This document shows, one piece after another, positions 44,771 to 59,845 of a DNA stretch of 64,000 nucleotides. Position 1 is the first letter of the stretch. Each line of letters opens with the position of its first letter. The DNA lies in assembly GCF_009914755.1 (NCBI RefSeq), contig NC_060937.1; one strand, 5' to 3'. A model generated the notes under the pieces. It had not been told where the DNA came from and made no database searches. It saw only the letters and a program-made list of their open reading frames with translations. The position numbers and the translations under genes are program-made. The stretch comes from the human T2T-CHM13v2.0 reference genome, Homo sapiens.

Positions 44771-44962
44771 TTTGCACAGCAGGCACACTGTAATCACTTA
44801 CACATGTACGAGTGAGGAGGGTAGGCAAGGTGTGTGATACCATGGGCCCAACTTGAAAGTTTGGAGGATTTCTATTTTATTGTCCCATCTTCAGAGATTC
44901 AATGTTACAAGGACATTCCCTGGTGCAATATCAGCGCACTATAGAGGTTTATGAGCCAAGAT
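44771..44962 (+). repeat. 192-bp direct duplication, copy 2 (probable donor)
   Basis: Offset exactly 1430 nt from copy 1. Confidence 0.95.
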
Positions 44963-46489
44963 ACACATCAAAAATAATTTTAATAAAGCTTGACAGATAT
45001 ATTGCCTTAATAGTGCTGACATAGTGAAGCGGGACTTATATAGGGAATACGACATCCTAACATTTTTAAAAATGAGATATTAGGTCACACAGATATTTGT
45101 AAGAAAGAGGGGGGTATGTTATTACATTTTGTAGATTTCCTCCATTGTTATCTTTGTCATTGCAAGCAAGGGTTATTCCTTTGCATCTATTTGCATTATA
45201 CCTCTTCATCCTGATGAGTGATATTCAGCACAAACACAATGGGTCAATCTCAGATACTTAGAATATAGTAATCATACCAAACAATGTTGAAACTCTACAT
45301 TTTTTGTGTCTAAATCAAATAACCAAGAGTGAAAATGGACAGTTCAGAGTGTCAGTAATAGGATAACGGTGACTCTAACATTCAGACGTAAGTAAAACTA
45401 TAGCCGAAATCAGTAGATACTGCCAAGTTAACATCAAATGACCCTTAAGTGGCTTGCATACACAGAATTTTTTAATTCATTTTTGCCCTTGCAGGAACAT
45501 GCTGCATGTCAGAAATGCCACTGTCATATTTAATACTGAACAGAGAGCAGTGGATTTTATATGGAAATTTTAACCTTTTCAGATTGTAGTGTCTGAAGAA
45601 GTGAGGAAGATCAACTTTTCTATGTTAATTTTGTATAGAATTTTGGCAATCAAAAAGTACATTCACTGAATATTTTAAACTTTCATAAATACATTAATTA
45701 CGGAAACATTATGCATACTATTTTTATAGTAGGTACAAATACAAGTCTTTTCATAGAGAAATATATTCATTTATAAATAATGGGTTTTAAAATTTTCATT
45801 TGCTCTCAGCTTTCTAAAAACACGTTCTGTTACTAAAAATGTATCAAGACATAAGGAAATACTTATTTCATTGTTTTTAATGAAAATGGACAACATTTAG
45901 TAAGAAGTACACAATTTTATAACGCTTTAAAAATTAGCAGAGAACCAAGCACTTTGCAGAAGTCTTTGTTCTTTTCATCTTAGAATTTTGTTGCACAAAT
46001 CAGAGGCTCAGCCAAGGAGAATTCAACTGTGCTTGCAATAAAGCATTTTATTGGAAAGACAAACCTTACGATATTCTGCTGCATCGGTAGAGAGAAGATA
46101 ACTATATAAAATATTTATGCCCCATTTTCCATAAAATATCAAAAATATCTATTTTGGAATGGAGAAAAAAGTACCCTGACATTTTTGGCTAGGATGGAAG
46201 ATAGAATCCAGATTGAAAGTCTTTTTTATTTGTGCAGATTTTTTTTCAGTGTTAGTGTGATAGTACTTTCCCAACAATGGTCTGTTATCCTAAATGTTTA
46301 ACAAATTGTAAAACCTTTCACTCCCAACTGTCCAAGACTTCCCTCTTGATTGCTTGTGTTTGTCACTTGGGTTGTGATTTTGCAGTAGAGAACTGGAGAA
46401 ATGAAATAATATTATGAATCACCCTAGCCAAATAGACATTTATATCCTTCAAATTACTGAGGAAATTTAAGTTGTTGCTCCAGCTTAAA

Positions 46490-46572
46490 TCACCAGGATA
46501 TTTATTTTTTGTTGGTGGTAAGAAAAATAAGTCACCAGGATATTTATTTTTTGTTGGTGGTAAGAAAAATAA
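46490..46572. repeat. Perfect 42-bp tandem duplication
   Basis: tcaccaggatatttattttttgttggtggtaagaaaaataa occurs twice with a 42-nt period. Confidence 0.95.
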
Positions 46573-47897
46573 TTTTAAGTATCTTCATATATTTTTTTCT
46601 GATCCTAAAATCAATATGTGTGTTCATCTGAATTTTTTTGAAGAAGCAGAAAAGTACAAAGAAGAAAATAAAATATTCTAAATTCTCCATACCCAGAGAT
46701 AATTAAATGTCAAAAGTTTTATTTCTAGTATATCTCTAATATGATTTTATATTGCAAAATTATGTGTGCTGTTTGATATTAAATTCTACTTTTATTATTT
46801 TAACATCACATGCATTTCCCCACCTCGGTGGCACTTCTTTTTTTTTTTTTTTAAGTACTCCTATATCTTAAAAATTTTCTTTTACAACCTAAGAGATTTG
46901 TTTGCTGCCGATATATCTGGGTATCTCTTACAAAAAAATAATTCCCTAAACAGCCTTACCTAGAAAATAAAACAGTTGGCTCGCATCGTTTGTTTGCATG
47001 TGTGGGTGTACATGTGTGTGCATGTTTAGCCTGACTCACTTTTCACTCTGAATTCCAAGGTACATGGGAGCTCCGTAGCTCTCTTATCATGTATTTAACT
47101 GCTGGAATTTACTGATCACTTTATACCTACTCCACATAGTTCCATAACTTAGAAACAGTTTTCATTCAAAAGGGAAAAGAAAGGATGGGTATATAAAGGG
47201 GAGATAAGGAATGAGGCTGACAAAAAAATGTGTGGTAGAAATCCATGAACAATACCTTCCATTGGGCCCCAAATCTGAATCTATGTCAGATTAAAAACTG
47301 GTGGACCTTGGTCCAAACTGGCCCAGTTGTATAAAAAAACATAATTTATTTGGCATGAGCTCTTTAGGATTTCAAGCAATGTTTTTAAATTGGGCGGATT
47401 GACATAAAATATGGATTTCTACAGTTTCTTGGAAGATAAAACAACCCTGAGCCGGCAATTGCATAGCAAAGATCAGCTGGAGTTAATTAGTCTTTAGACT
47501 GAGCTTTTTTTTGCCTTAGCATCCATGTTCAGTTTAACGCAGGTCTGAACACTCCTGGAGTTGGCCTGATCCTGAATTCAGTGCTAGTTGCCATTTAGCT
47601 CAGTGCTTAGCTCCTTTGTTCATAATAAATAAATATTTTTCTGTACCTATTTTTTAACCAAAAGTGAAAAAGTGTAATCCAAATAAGCCATGTGTCAAGA
47701 AAAATAATGCTTCAAAAATAATGCTTTTTTTTGTTTTGTTTTGGAAGTACACAATATGTTAAATATTTAATATACAAATAGCATCTGTGGTTAAAGAACA
47801 CATTCAGTGAACTTCACTCACAGTTATTGTTCATCTCCCTAGCCTGTGAACTTGCAAAGTCTCCTTTAAGCTTTATATTGGCCATCATTTGGTGTAA

Positions 47898-48194
<297 letters not shown>

Positions 48195-48212
48195 GGTAAA
48201 CACTATTTCTTA

Positions 48213-49764
<1,552 letters not shown>

Positions 49765-50230
49765 AAATGAAAGTAAACCAAAAGCTAAGAAGAAAACTCT
49801 ACTATTTCTGATGTTAGGACCAGGGAAGAATCCTCCCTTCCATTAATGCCCTCAAAAACATCCTCGTAATATATACAACTAGACATTGAAGCCAAAATGT
49901 ACCAAAATGTATAGCAAGCACAGGCTTAGAATTGTTCCTATTTTATGTCATTATAATATCATCACCATTATGAAAATTCTCTTCCTGTTCAATGTAATGC
50001 AAGCTAACAAATGATTACTTGCCAGCCACTATGCTAAGTACTTTTTACACCTTGCCATTTAGCCCTTACATTAAACCTATGAGATAGGTATGGTTATCAT
50101 TCCACTTATTATATAAGAAACCTAAAGCAGAATGACACAGAGCCTATGCTGTAATATTCCACACTGCTTCACCCACAGTTGAATTTTTGGTCTCTAAATA
50201 CAGCAACCTAATGCAAAACTCAATGGTCTA

Positions 50231-50650
<420 letters not shown>

Positions 50651-51029
50651 GAGATAATGTTTTAATACATTATTCTCATATTTAAGATAAGAAAATTTAA
50701 AATATCTCCCTAGGAAGCCTAAACTCTTGTGGATGATTATTCATACACTTTCTGTTTATTTCACGATTATTCATACACAAGGAAAATGGAGAAATATTCT
50801 GTCTTTTCATAATGCATTTTTGTCTGTAATTGGAACTCTAACATAAGTAACATAGACACTTTATTGAGGGATTTGTTCTTGCCATTGCCTCAAAGGCCCT
50901 ACAAGGAGTGCTACTTCTGTCCCTTAAGTGTAATGGCCATGAGGAAGGTTGCAAGTCATCATGGATGAACTACTCTGTGATTTTCAGTCGGCTCTGGGGA
51001 AGTGGAGGAGACGCATTAATACAGGAGGT

Positions 51030-51230
51030 GGCACGTGTCTGTGGATGTTAGTATCAGCAGTAAACGAAATAAATAAATGCCCAATTATGATCATGAGAAG
51101 GGGCCGTCTGAGATGTTTAGCTCTTTAAAAATAGCCATAATACTCATAAAGCTGGCCCGTCACTGGGTTAAATGACTCAAAACCACATGACTCATTTGTG
51201 TTCACATAGATTTGAGGGTGTTTCACAATC
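51030..51230. promoter_or_regulatory. Candidate intronic enhancer (AP-1/RUNX/AP-1 with MEF2, HOX and E-box motifs)
   Basis: Motif cluster in non-repeat sequence; motif evidence only. Confidence 0.4.
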
Positions 51231-54200
51231 TTTGGGTAAAGAAGGTTCTTTTCAGGTAACAGCCATGAAGCATTGGTTCTATTTGATTTGTCATTAAACA
51301 TTTTAGAATATAACTTTTTAAAAAATATGAAATTACAATTTTAGTGAATTATTACTTGGGTGCATACGGTGTTACACTAAGTAAGTTAACCAAATTGACA
51401 TTCATTGTCCCAAAATGCTTATCTCCATGAGGAAGGATCTTCTCATTAGGTGGGTCATATTTAATAATTCCTATTAATTTTTAAGTATGCATTATGGAAT
51501 TGATACTTTCACCGCCATGCTGCAAATTGTGATGTGTAATTCATTTTCCTTTTGTAATATAGAGAGTCAGATCAACCTGGCAGAAGTATATGCCTCTGTG
51601 GCTGCAACCATGTTCTGAATACACACAACTTTCTCCTGGGCTCAAAGTATCATGGTGCTGAAGAGCTGACTTTGGGCTTATTTTATAATTCTCTTCGTTA
51701 AATTAATTTAGAATATGTAAATGGATTTATTGTGAGATTTAAAGTCCTTTCCCTCAAGAGAGCCCAGAATATTGGTCTAGCAGTTTTTTGAACACAACAT
51801 TGACTCAATTTCTGGGGCCAGTCAATTTAATGTCAGCATCCCATAATCTTAGCTACACAGTCATTTTCTCTCTACTTTTCACTTCTGAGTCAAAAATCTT
51901 TTTGAGAGATTACAAGTATGTCAGAGTATTTCCAACAGAGAGAAAGTTTGTACATAACTTCTATCTGCATCCTCAAATTCTTACTTTTTCTTTATTCCAG
52001 CATCTATGGTTTGTGCTTTCTCTTGGGTACTCAGAAACCCTCAAACTATTGAAAATTGAGTTTAGAAATTTCAAGCAACACAATCATTTTGTAACTTTCG
52101 TTTTGTGTTGCTTTCTTTCTGTGTTGCTTCCTCTCTATATTTCTCCCTTTCCCGTGCCTTGGTTTCTGCTGAAATCTACATCTCAATCACCCCAAGAATA
52201 GGCTGTTGCCACCTTAAGGCAACCCTCCCAGTCATTAGGCTCTGTACCTTCTTTTGGGCATCCTACGAATATCTTCATCAAATACCACTTTGATGAGGTT
52301 ACTGTCCTGTTTACAAGTCCTGGCAGTATATTACTTATCAATTACTTTTTAAAAATCTGGGGTATTTACTAAGTCCTTGATTCTCTGCTAGGCATGGACT
52401 TTAAATGTCATATTCCTACCCTCAAGAGGTTGACAAGTCTGAAGTCCGCAGCCTTGCCTTTAAGTCTTCCATCTCTCACTTACCTTGCGGCCTGGTATCT
52501 TTAGTCCCAACTCAACAGCCAATTTCTCAAGCAAATTTGTCTTGCCCACTGCCCCCCGCAACCAATGTAATTTTTATCAGAGTTTCTTTGCCACTTTCCT
52601 TACTCATTGTGCCTTCCTCTCCCCTTTCTTTCAAACCCAGCTCGCTTGCCTCACTCAAAACTTGCTAAAATCCACTGACCACCATATCTCATGTATCCAG
52701 GAAGCTCCTTAGAGCTGAACCAGTTTTTTACTCACCCTCTTTTCAGAACCCCTGTACTAAGATTTCAGCATGTTTGTTGATTCAAAGTTTTCACATTGTA
52801 CCATACAGTGGGCCTTCCCAACCTGAAATTGTAAACTAGTACTCAGGGAAGGAACATGCCTTCCATCCTTATCATTCCTCAGAGCAAGAACTATTGCAAT
52901 TTGGATATGGTAGACGTTGAATAAATATTATTACTTCTATTATATTACTTTTTTTCTTTCTTTCAGTCTTACCATGGTTGGGATGAAGGAGAGTAATATT
53001 CATATGCGTTATAACATCTCCCACTTTATTGTAAATAGTGCCCTGCCTGAATACCTGATGGTTTTGGAAAAGGATGTACTATAGTTCTTTCTAAAACCCT
53101 ACTTTCTCACAAAAGAGATAAAATTAAATACTCATGGCATGTTGTTACCCAACAGAGTGGTAGCTTCTTTTTAGGTTTTTTGGAATATCCAGCTCGAAAG
53201 ACATTGTAGATGAATGAAAGATGAATGACTGAATATAAGCTGAGAAGGCCCATCTCCCTCTAGCTCTCACCTAGATGCAGTTGCAGCTCAAGATCTGCTG
53301 AAGAGTGGTGAATCTTTGTACTCAGACTTCCAAAACACCTATATCTATACTGTCCACCTATACATAGATAAAGATATCTATACTGTTTCCATAGTTAATG
53401 GAGCAACTCTTCTTTCCCTCAGATTTTCCCTTCTTGCCTTAGAATTCAGCTCATCTTTCCAGAGGCTTGTTGACTTACTTATTACAATTGAGTTTGGTAA
53501 ATGATTAGTGGAAGGAAGGGTATACCAGTAGTTTCATAGTCTTCACACGTGAACATTGTACATTTCCCTAGGTGTGGGTAAACAGAAGAGAAAGATGTAC
53601 CAAAATGCTAAAATGATGGGAACATTTTTACCGTGAATTATTAGAATTATTAAGGAGAAAGGAAAGAAATAAAGGGAGAAGCAACTAATAATCTCTTTTG
53701 TAAAGTGCTCACATTGCACATTTACAATTAAGCTGTTCTGACTTCTGTAATTAAAATAATTTCCTCTGAGAGGTCTTAATCATTCATGCCCATGAGTAAA
53801 AAAAGGCTGTTGTCATGAATGAGCGATTAAAAGGAAGATCTTATTCAGATGCATTAGTTCCTATGAGAAATCTTTGAAAACAAACCACGCATGAAAAAGA
53901 CAATCAGTAGGTTTGGCCAGGGTAATTTTGGCAATCTGTAGAAAACACCAGTGCATATGTTTATTCACCCCTTCATTCAGCAGCATTTATTGAACACCAA
54001 CTCTTTGGCAGGTGCAGTGGGTGCGATGGTAAATAACACCTAGCCCAGCCTTAGAATTCCCATTCTAAAGTGGATCCCAGACAAATGAATAGTAGAGGCC
54101 AATGAGGGCTAAGATAGGTATTCATGAGTCATAATAACTCGGGAGACCATTGGTACAAGCTCAACCTATGGGGACCCTTTGACCTTAGACCATTTTATTT

Positions 54201-55569
54201 TGCCAGTCACAGATTTTATATCAACAGAAGCATAAATTCTAATGAAGATATGAAAATTCACTGTTTATTGAGAAAATAAAACTCCATAAACAACTAGTTA
54301 ATATTTATTGACTAGTCACAAGGTATATGCAACTGCTGCTGGGAACAGTTAATTTTAATTATATATATATGTACATTTTCTCTTTTACATTATATGCTAT
54401 ATCATGACCGTAATATGAAAATAACATAGGAGAAAATGTAAAGAGAGGAGAAACTTGATGTAATCCAGAGCTCGTTAGACCAGAAATAGGAGATACCTGG
54501 AAGGGAATTCTTAGTTTGACCCTAATTAGTTGTCTGAATAACTTAATTTCTTTTCTCTTTGATGAAGTGAGGAGATTAGACCACATGAAATGCTTATTGG
54601 GAATGAAATTCCCAATGTGATGGTTATTGAGGTCTTAGACATATGACTGAGAAACTGAAGTATAGTTTCAGGACTGCACCTCTGAGCATTTAGATCTGCC
54701 TTGGAAGGGGTTGGCCAATTAATGCACTAGCAGTTATTTTGAAAGTTGTAGGCTGTACTTCATTGTATGTGTCTTTGAATATGGCTTGAGAATCTAACTA
54801 CTTCTGATTGTCATCCTTGTAATTGGGCTTAATTCTAATTTTGGTGTAACACAGCTTACTTTTATAATAACAGGACTTTTTAAAAAATCACTTCAAATTC
54901 CAAAGACAGTGTTGAGCAGCTGGATACCTGTATGCCTAATGGATTTCCATGGGCCTCTAGAATTCAACCTGTTTTGCTGGCAGAGCCAGACATCTAAATC
55001 TACTATACTATGTTTTTGTATATAATTCATAATTTTAATTTTGGCACTCATGATCTATTTGGTGTTAAATACACGTTACTGCCAGAGATAATGGATGTCC
55101 TCCTAAGGAAATGGTGTTTGCAGTGTTCTCTATTGAATCTCACATTTGATTGGCATGTGTATCCTAGAAAAATTGGCATAGCACTTTGTTAGAGGGCACA
55201 GTGCCATCTAACAGTCAGGGAAGAATATAGGCTGAAAAGTGATCACAAATGAAGTCAGCTAGGAGTGTTCAGGAATCAAGATTTGGCTCACTGCAGTAGA
55301 GGGAAATAAGTACTTTTATGAAAGTCTTCTTTTATGCAAAAGTTTCCACTGACTGTAACCTTTAAATATATCTCGGAAAGATTTGAAGGCACTTTTGCTA
55401 GCTTGGAAGAATTATGTTTAAAATTTAATTGTATAATGATGTTGAAAAACAGCATTATGTTTGTATTTACTCTACAGTTTGTTAAATCAATATGCAGGTG
55501 AATCTAGTATATCAAATCGCACAGTCAACAGGATTTTGTGTACCAAGTAAAATAAGTAGAGGATTATAT

Positions 55570-55730
55570 CCTTCTGCCACTTGTTACCTAGTGAAATTCT
55601 AGGTCACTGAGCTTCTGTTATCTCATCTTCAAAGTGGGGATAATAGGAAGTGGGGATGATGTACTTACCTGAAGTTTTTATGATAGTTATATGAGACAAA
55701 AATATGATAAACGTGTTTGGTAAGCAATAG
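55570..55730 (+). mobile_element. MIR
   Basis: ctgccacttgttacc...ctgagcttctgttatctcatcttcaaagtggggataatag. Confidence 0.6.
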
Positions 55731-58602
55731 CAGATTCCTAAGACTAAGAATAGTCTATAATATCACAGTTTTACATAGAGGTGAAAAAAGCAAAATGTAT
55801 TCCAAAGTAGTTGACAACAAAAACCTATGACAGCAATATCAAATTTAAACACTGTAATATTCTGTATTATAAACATGATGATACTAATTATGGAATACTA
55901 TACCGGTTCTGAGGAATAGGCTCTCTTTATATCTACTCTAGTCTCATTACACTGCTAGGCATTGGCAAACAAAGGAACACACATGGAAGTCATCTCAGTT
56001 TTTGTTCTTGTCTAAAGTTTACAGGTATATGCACAATGCCTTTTGGAAACGCATACTTTGTAAACTGCATATAAGATACACATGGGGCTGAATCAATAAA
56101 GTTCAGCAGACACCACATTCCTATTCTGTTCTCTGTATTCTCTCCAAAGTATCTTTAAGGCTACAGTCAACAATAAGATTTTTGTTGTAGACAACAAATT
56201 AAAGCCGAAATAAGCACTCCAAATAATTTCATGATTTCTACTGGAAATTTTCAGGACTTAGCAATTTGTGGTACAATATGTCTAAAATAAATACTACCAG
56301 CTTTTCCTAAAGTAGACCCTACAGTATAAAGTTAAAAGTAAAAACTTTCTGATTAATGATTTCTCTCTCTCTCTCCAATTAATAGCAGAAAACCACTGAA
56401 AAGAGACTTTTTCCCCACAAACTCTCAATTCTTGTACACATGGTTTTATTATTGATTGTACATGGGAACTGACTGTGATTCTGTTACTTGAAATTTTATT
56501 GTTCCCTGAGTGTTGACTTCAAAATTACATCTCTTCTCTGTTGGATCTTCTGAATGGCTATGATCCAGTTTCCAATCTAGAGGGATATTTCACCCTCTCT
56601 CTTATTGGCTAGTATCATTCCCAGAAGGGATCTGTCTTTTGTGCTTATTAAAGTTTATTTTGTACAAAAATTTATGTTCCTCATCTTAGTATTTAGTCAG
56701 TATTTTAATCTTATGCAGGCAACATATGTACCAATTTCAAGGGGATAAAATGGTAATTAAAAATCCAGTTAAAAAATAATTACAAATATTTCTGGGGAAA
56801 TACAGAAGAAATGTGATGAACATTGTTCTATGTTTACTATTTCCTCTTCTGACATTGTCACTAATAATGAAAAGTTTTATTTAAAAACCAAAACACGGTC
56901 AAGCAATACTCTAATTAAATGGTGGGGATAATTTTAAAAATTCAGCCAGGCTCCAGGAGTATAATTCAAGGTTAAGTAACATCTATTTGTCTTTCCCTGC
57001 TTCTTGCCTATATGTAATCTTTTCTTCTTGGTACAATGCATCGGTGTGAACAACGCCTTACCACCACTATGGCAAAGGAACCATTGGATTTATAAATAAG
57101 GCAGAAAAATCAGTTTATTATCATATTACCATTCTCCACAACAATTTCTTTGTCTTTCAAAAACCAAGTAGAGGTTAAAGTGTAGAACTGAGTAAAGCTT
57201 GTAAAATCATTTGCAAGTCTTTAATCAAATTTTTACATTCAGGATAAATTGTTCTAATAGACCGTTCTATATAATGCCTTAATTACTATATTTTCACTCC
57301 TAAAACCTTCAATCGAGACAGAAATAAAAAAAATATGAATTTTAAAATTTTACTCTATTTAACACCTGTAGACAATTTGTCTCTTATCCTTGTGTTAGTC
57401 AATCCCTTTAAACTCACATGGTGGCAATAATTGTATCTTTATGAAGTAGTATAGTTGATCAAATTCAAACTGCCTTCCCCAGATAATGATACACGTTAAT
57501 GTGTTTTCTGAATTTCTTTACTGATGCTCCAGAAAGGAAGACAAGTTCATTTTTATAATTTTATTTTTAATATTTGTGTTATTGTTGTCCTCACGGGAAT
57601 TAAATACTATATATGAACACTATTAAAATTCACAAAACTACTCAAGTCAATGAAACACAGTAACATGTTCACAGGGACAAGATAAAATGACTGTAACTAT
57701 TGTCAGGTGTCGGAATTGCTTTAGCCTTTTCCATAAATCATGGTGGAAGTATCATTATCATACATGATTAATGACACTTCACGTCGTGGATCTGATTACA
57801 ACCACAAAACAAAGAAAATAAAGAGGAAATCATTCATGAACACCCTCTATGCAAAGGTTGGGGTGTTTCTTTCAAATTACCATAATTTGCTTACTCAGCC
57901 AGTCAAACACAATTCACTGAATCCCACAGAGACCTAACAGAGATTTTCCTGATGATATTCAGGTCTCTTTCATAAACACTGAGTGAGCAGTTTGGGGAAC
58001 AGCAATAATCTTTTTTCCTTCATCCCATTTCTCGTTTGGAAATCTCTGAATCCGTATTTATTGATCCAAGCTACCTTATATTGAAAAACTATTTTTTTCA
58101 CGATAGTAGTATTTGATTTATTTAAAGATAACCTTAAACCTCATGATTCTGCAAAATGCTAGGGTATTTTTCCCCAAAACTGTGCTCTTTAGTTATCTGT
58201 TCTCAAATCACACTTGTTTCTTAATAGAATGAGCTTACATGTTATATTTTCATTTGGATTATATTGTTAAATTTTCACTGGTAATCCACTGAAATCACAC
58301 GTGAAGATTTTCTTTGAAATACATGTTAAAATTATTTTAATACAAAAGACATTTTATATAGTTGAGATATTTTCTGATTTTTAAGAAGCATCTACATACA
58401 TGGAATAACGTTTTAATTATTGACTACAGAGTATTCTTATCCATTAATCAACTAACTAATCCATTAATATAGTCTGCTTGATAACACATTATTTGTATCA
58501 CTTTTTGTTATTTTTAGAAATTTACAACAATGAACTTTCTTTTATTGAATAGTCTATCCTTAAGATACCTAATTTACTTTCCCACCTAAAAGAATCTAAG
58601 TA

Positions 58603-59845
58603 CATTTTTTTAAAAGAATAGACATTCTTTTTCAGAGCAGTTTTAGGTCCACAGCAAAATTGAGTGGAAGGTACAGAGATTTCCCACATAACCTTTCCCC
58701 TCCTGCCCCTCACCTCATGTACAGCCTCCCCTGGTATCAATGTCCCCACCAGAGTGGCACATGTGTTATGACTGATGAACCTCATTGACACATCATTATC
58801 AAAAAGGACCATAGTTTACATTAGGTTCACTCTTGTGTTGTACATTTTGTAGGTTTGGACAAACATCTAATAACATGTGTTCACTTTTACAGTATCCTAC
58901 AGAATAATGCTGCCCTGAAAACTCTCTATGTCCCACCTGTTTATCTCTCCATCCTTACTAATCCCTGGCAATAACTGATATTTGTATTGTCTCTATAGTT
59001 TTTGCTTTTCCAGAATGGCATGTAGTTGGGAATTCTACAGTATGTAGCCTTTTCAGATTGGCTTCTTTGACTTAGTCATATGTTTGTGAGGTTTCTCCGT
59101 GTCTCTTCATGGCCTGGTAGCTCATTTCCTTTTAAGATTCAATAATATTCCATTATCTGGGTGTAACACAATTTTATTTATCCATTCATCTACGGAAGGA
59201 TATCTTGGTTGCTTCCAAGTTTTGGCAATTATGAATAAAGCTTTCATAAATATCTGCATGGAGGTTTTTGTGTGGATATGTTTTCAGTTCCTTTGGGAAA
59301 ATACCAAGGAGCAAGAATGCAGGATAGTATTTATAGTTTTGGGAGAAACTGACAAACTGTCTTCCAAAGTGGCTATACCATTTTTCATTCCCACCAGCAA
59401 TGAGTGAGAGTTTCTGTTGCTCTACATTCTCACCAGCATTTGGTGTTGTCAGTGTTCTGGATTTTGGTCATTCTAATAAGTGTGTAGTGTATCTCATTGT
59501 TGTTTTCTTTTGCATTTCCCTGATGACATATGATGTGGAGCATCTTTTCGTATGCTTATTTGCCATTTGTTTGCTTATTTGCCATTTGTATGCCATTTGT
59601 ATGTCAGTGAGGTGTCGAAGTCTTTAGATCATTTTTTGATTGACTTGTTTTCTTATTGTTGATTTTAATCATTCTTTCTATATTTTGGATAACAGTATTT
59701 TATCAGATATGCCTACTGCAAATATTTTCTCCCAGCCTGTGGCTTCTCCTTTCATTCTCTTGACAGTGTCTTTCACAGAGCAGTTTTTAATTTTAATGAA
59801 GTCCAGTGTATTGATTCTTTCATGGATCATGCCTTTTGTGTTTGT
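58603..59845 (-). mobile_element. L1MC/L1MD-like 3' end
   Basis: agagcagttttaggtccacagcaaaattgagtggaaggtacagagatttccc...cccaccagcaatgagtgagagtt... Confidence 0.88.

Noticed and set aside
43341-44962. The 192-bp repeats as LTRs or as a giant L1 TSD
   Set aside because: No TG...CA ends, PBS or PPT. The true TSD is the 18-mer at 43214/44171, and copy 1 lies inside the L1.
51246-51261. ttcttttcag|gtaaca as a recursive splice site
   Set aside because: Short pyrimidine tract and weak donor; cannot be supported without RNA data.
51788-52201. 137-aa ORF (also 28462-28854, 130 aa)
   Set aside because: No recognisable domain or exon structure; expected by chance in 64 kb.
54596-54616. 9-bp hairpin attgggaat-gaa-attcccaat
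   Set aside because: Too short for a pre-miRNA and near chance expectation; no associated structure.
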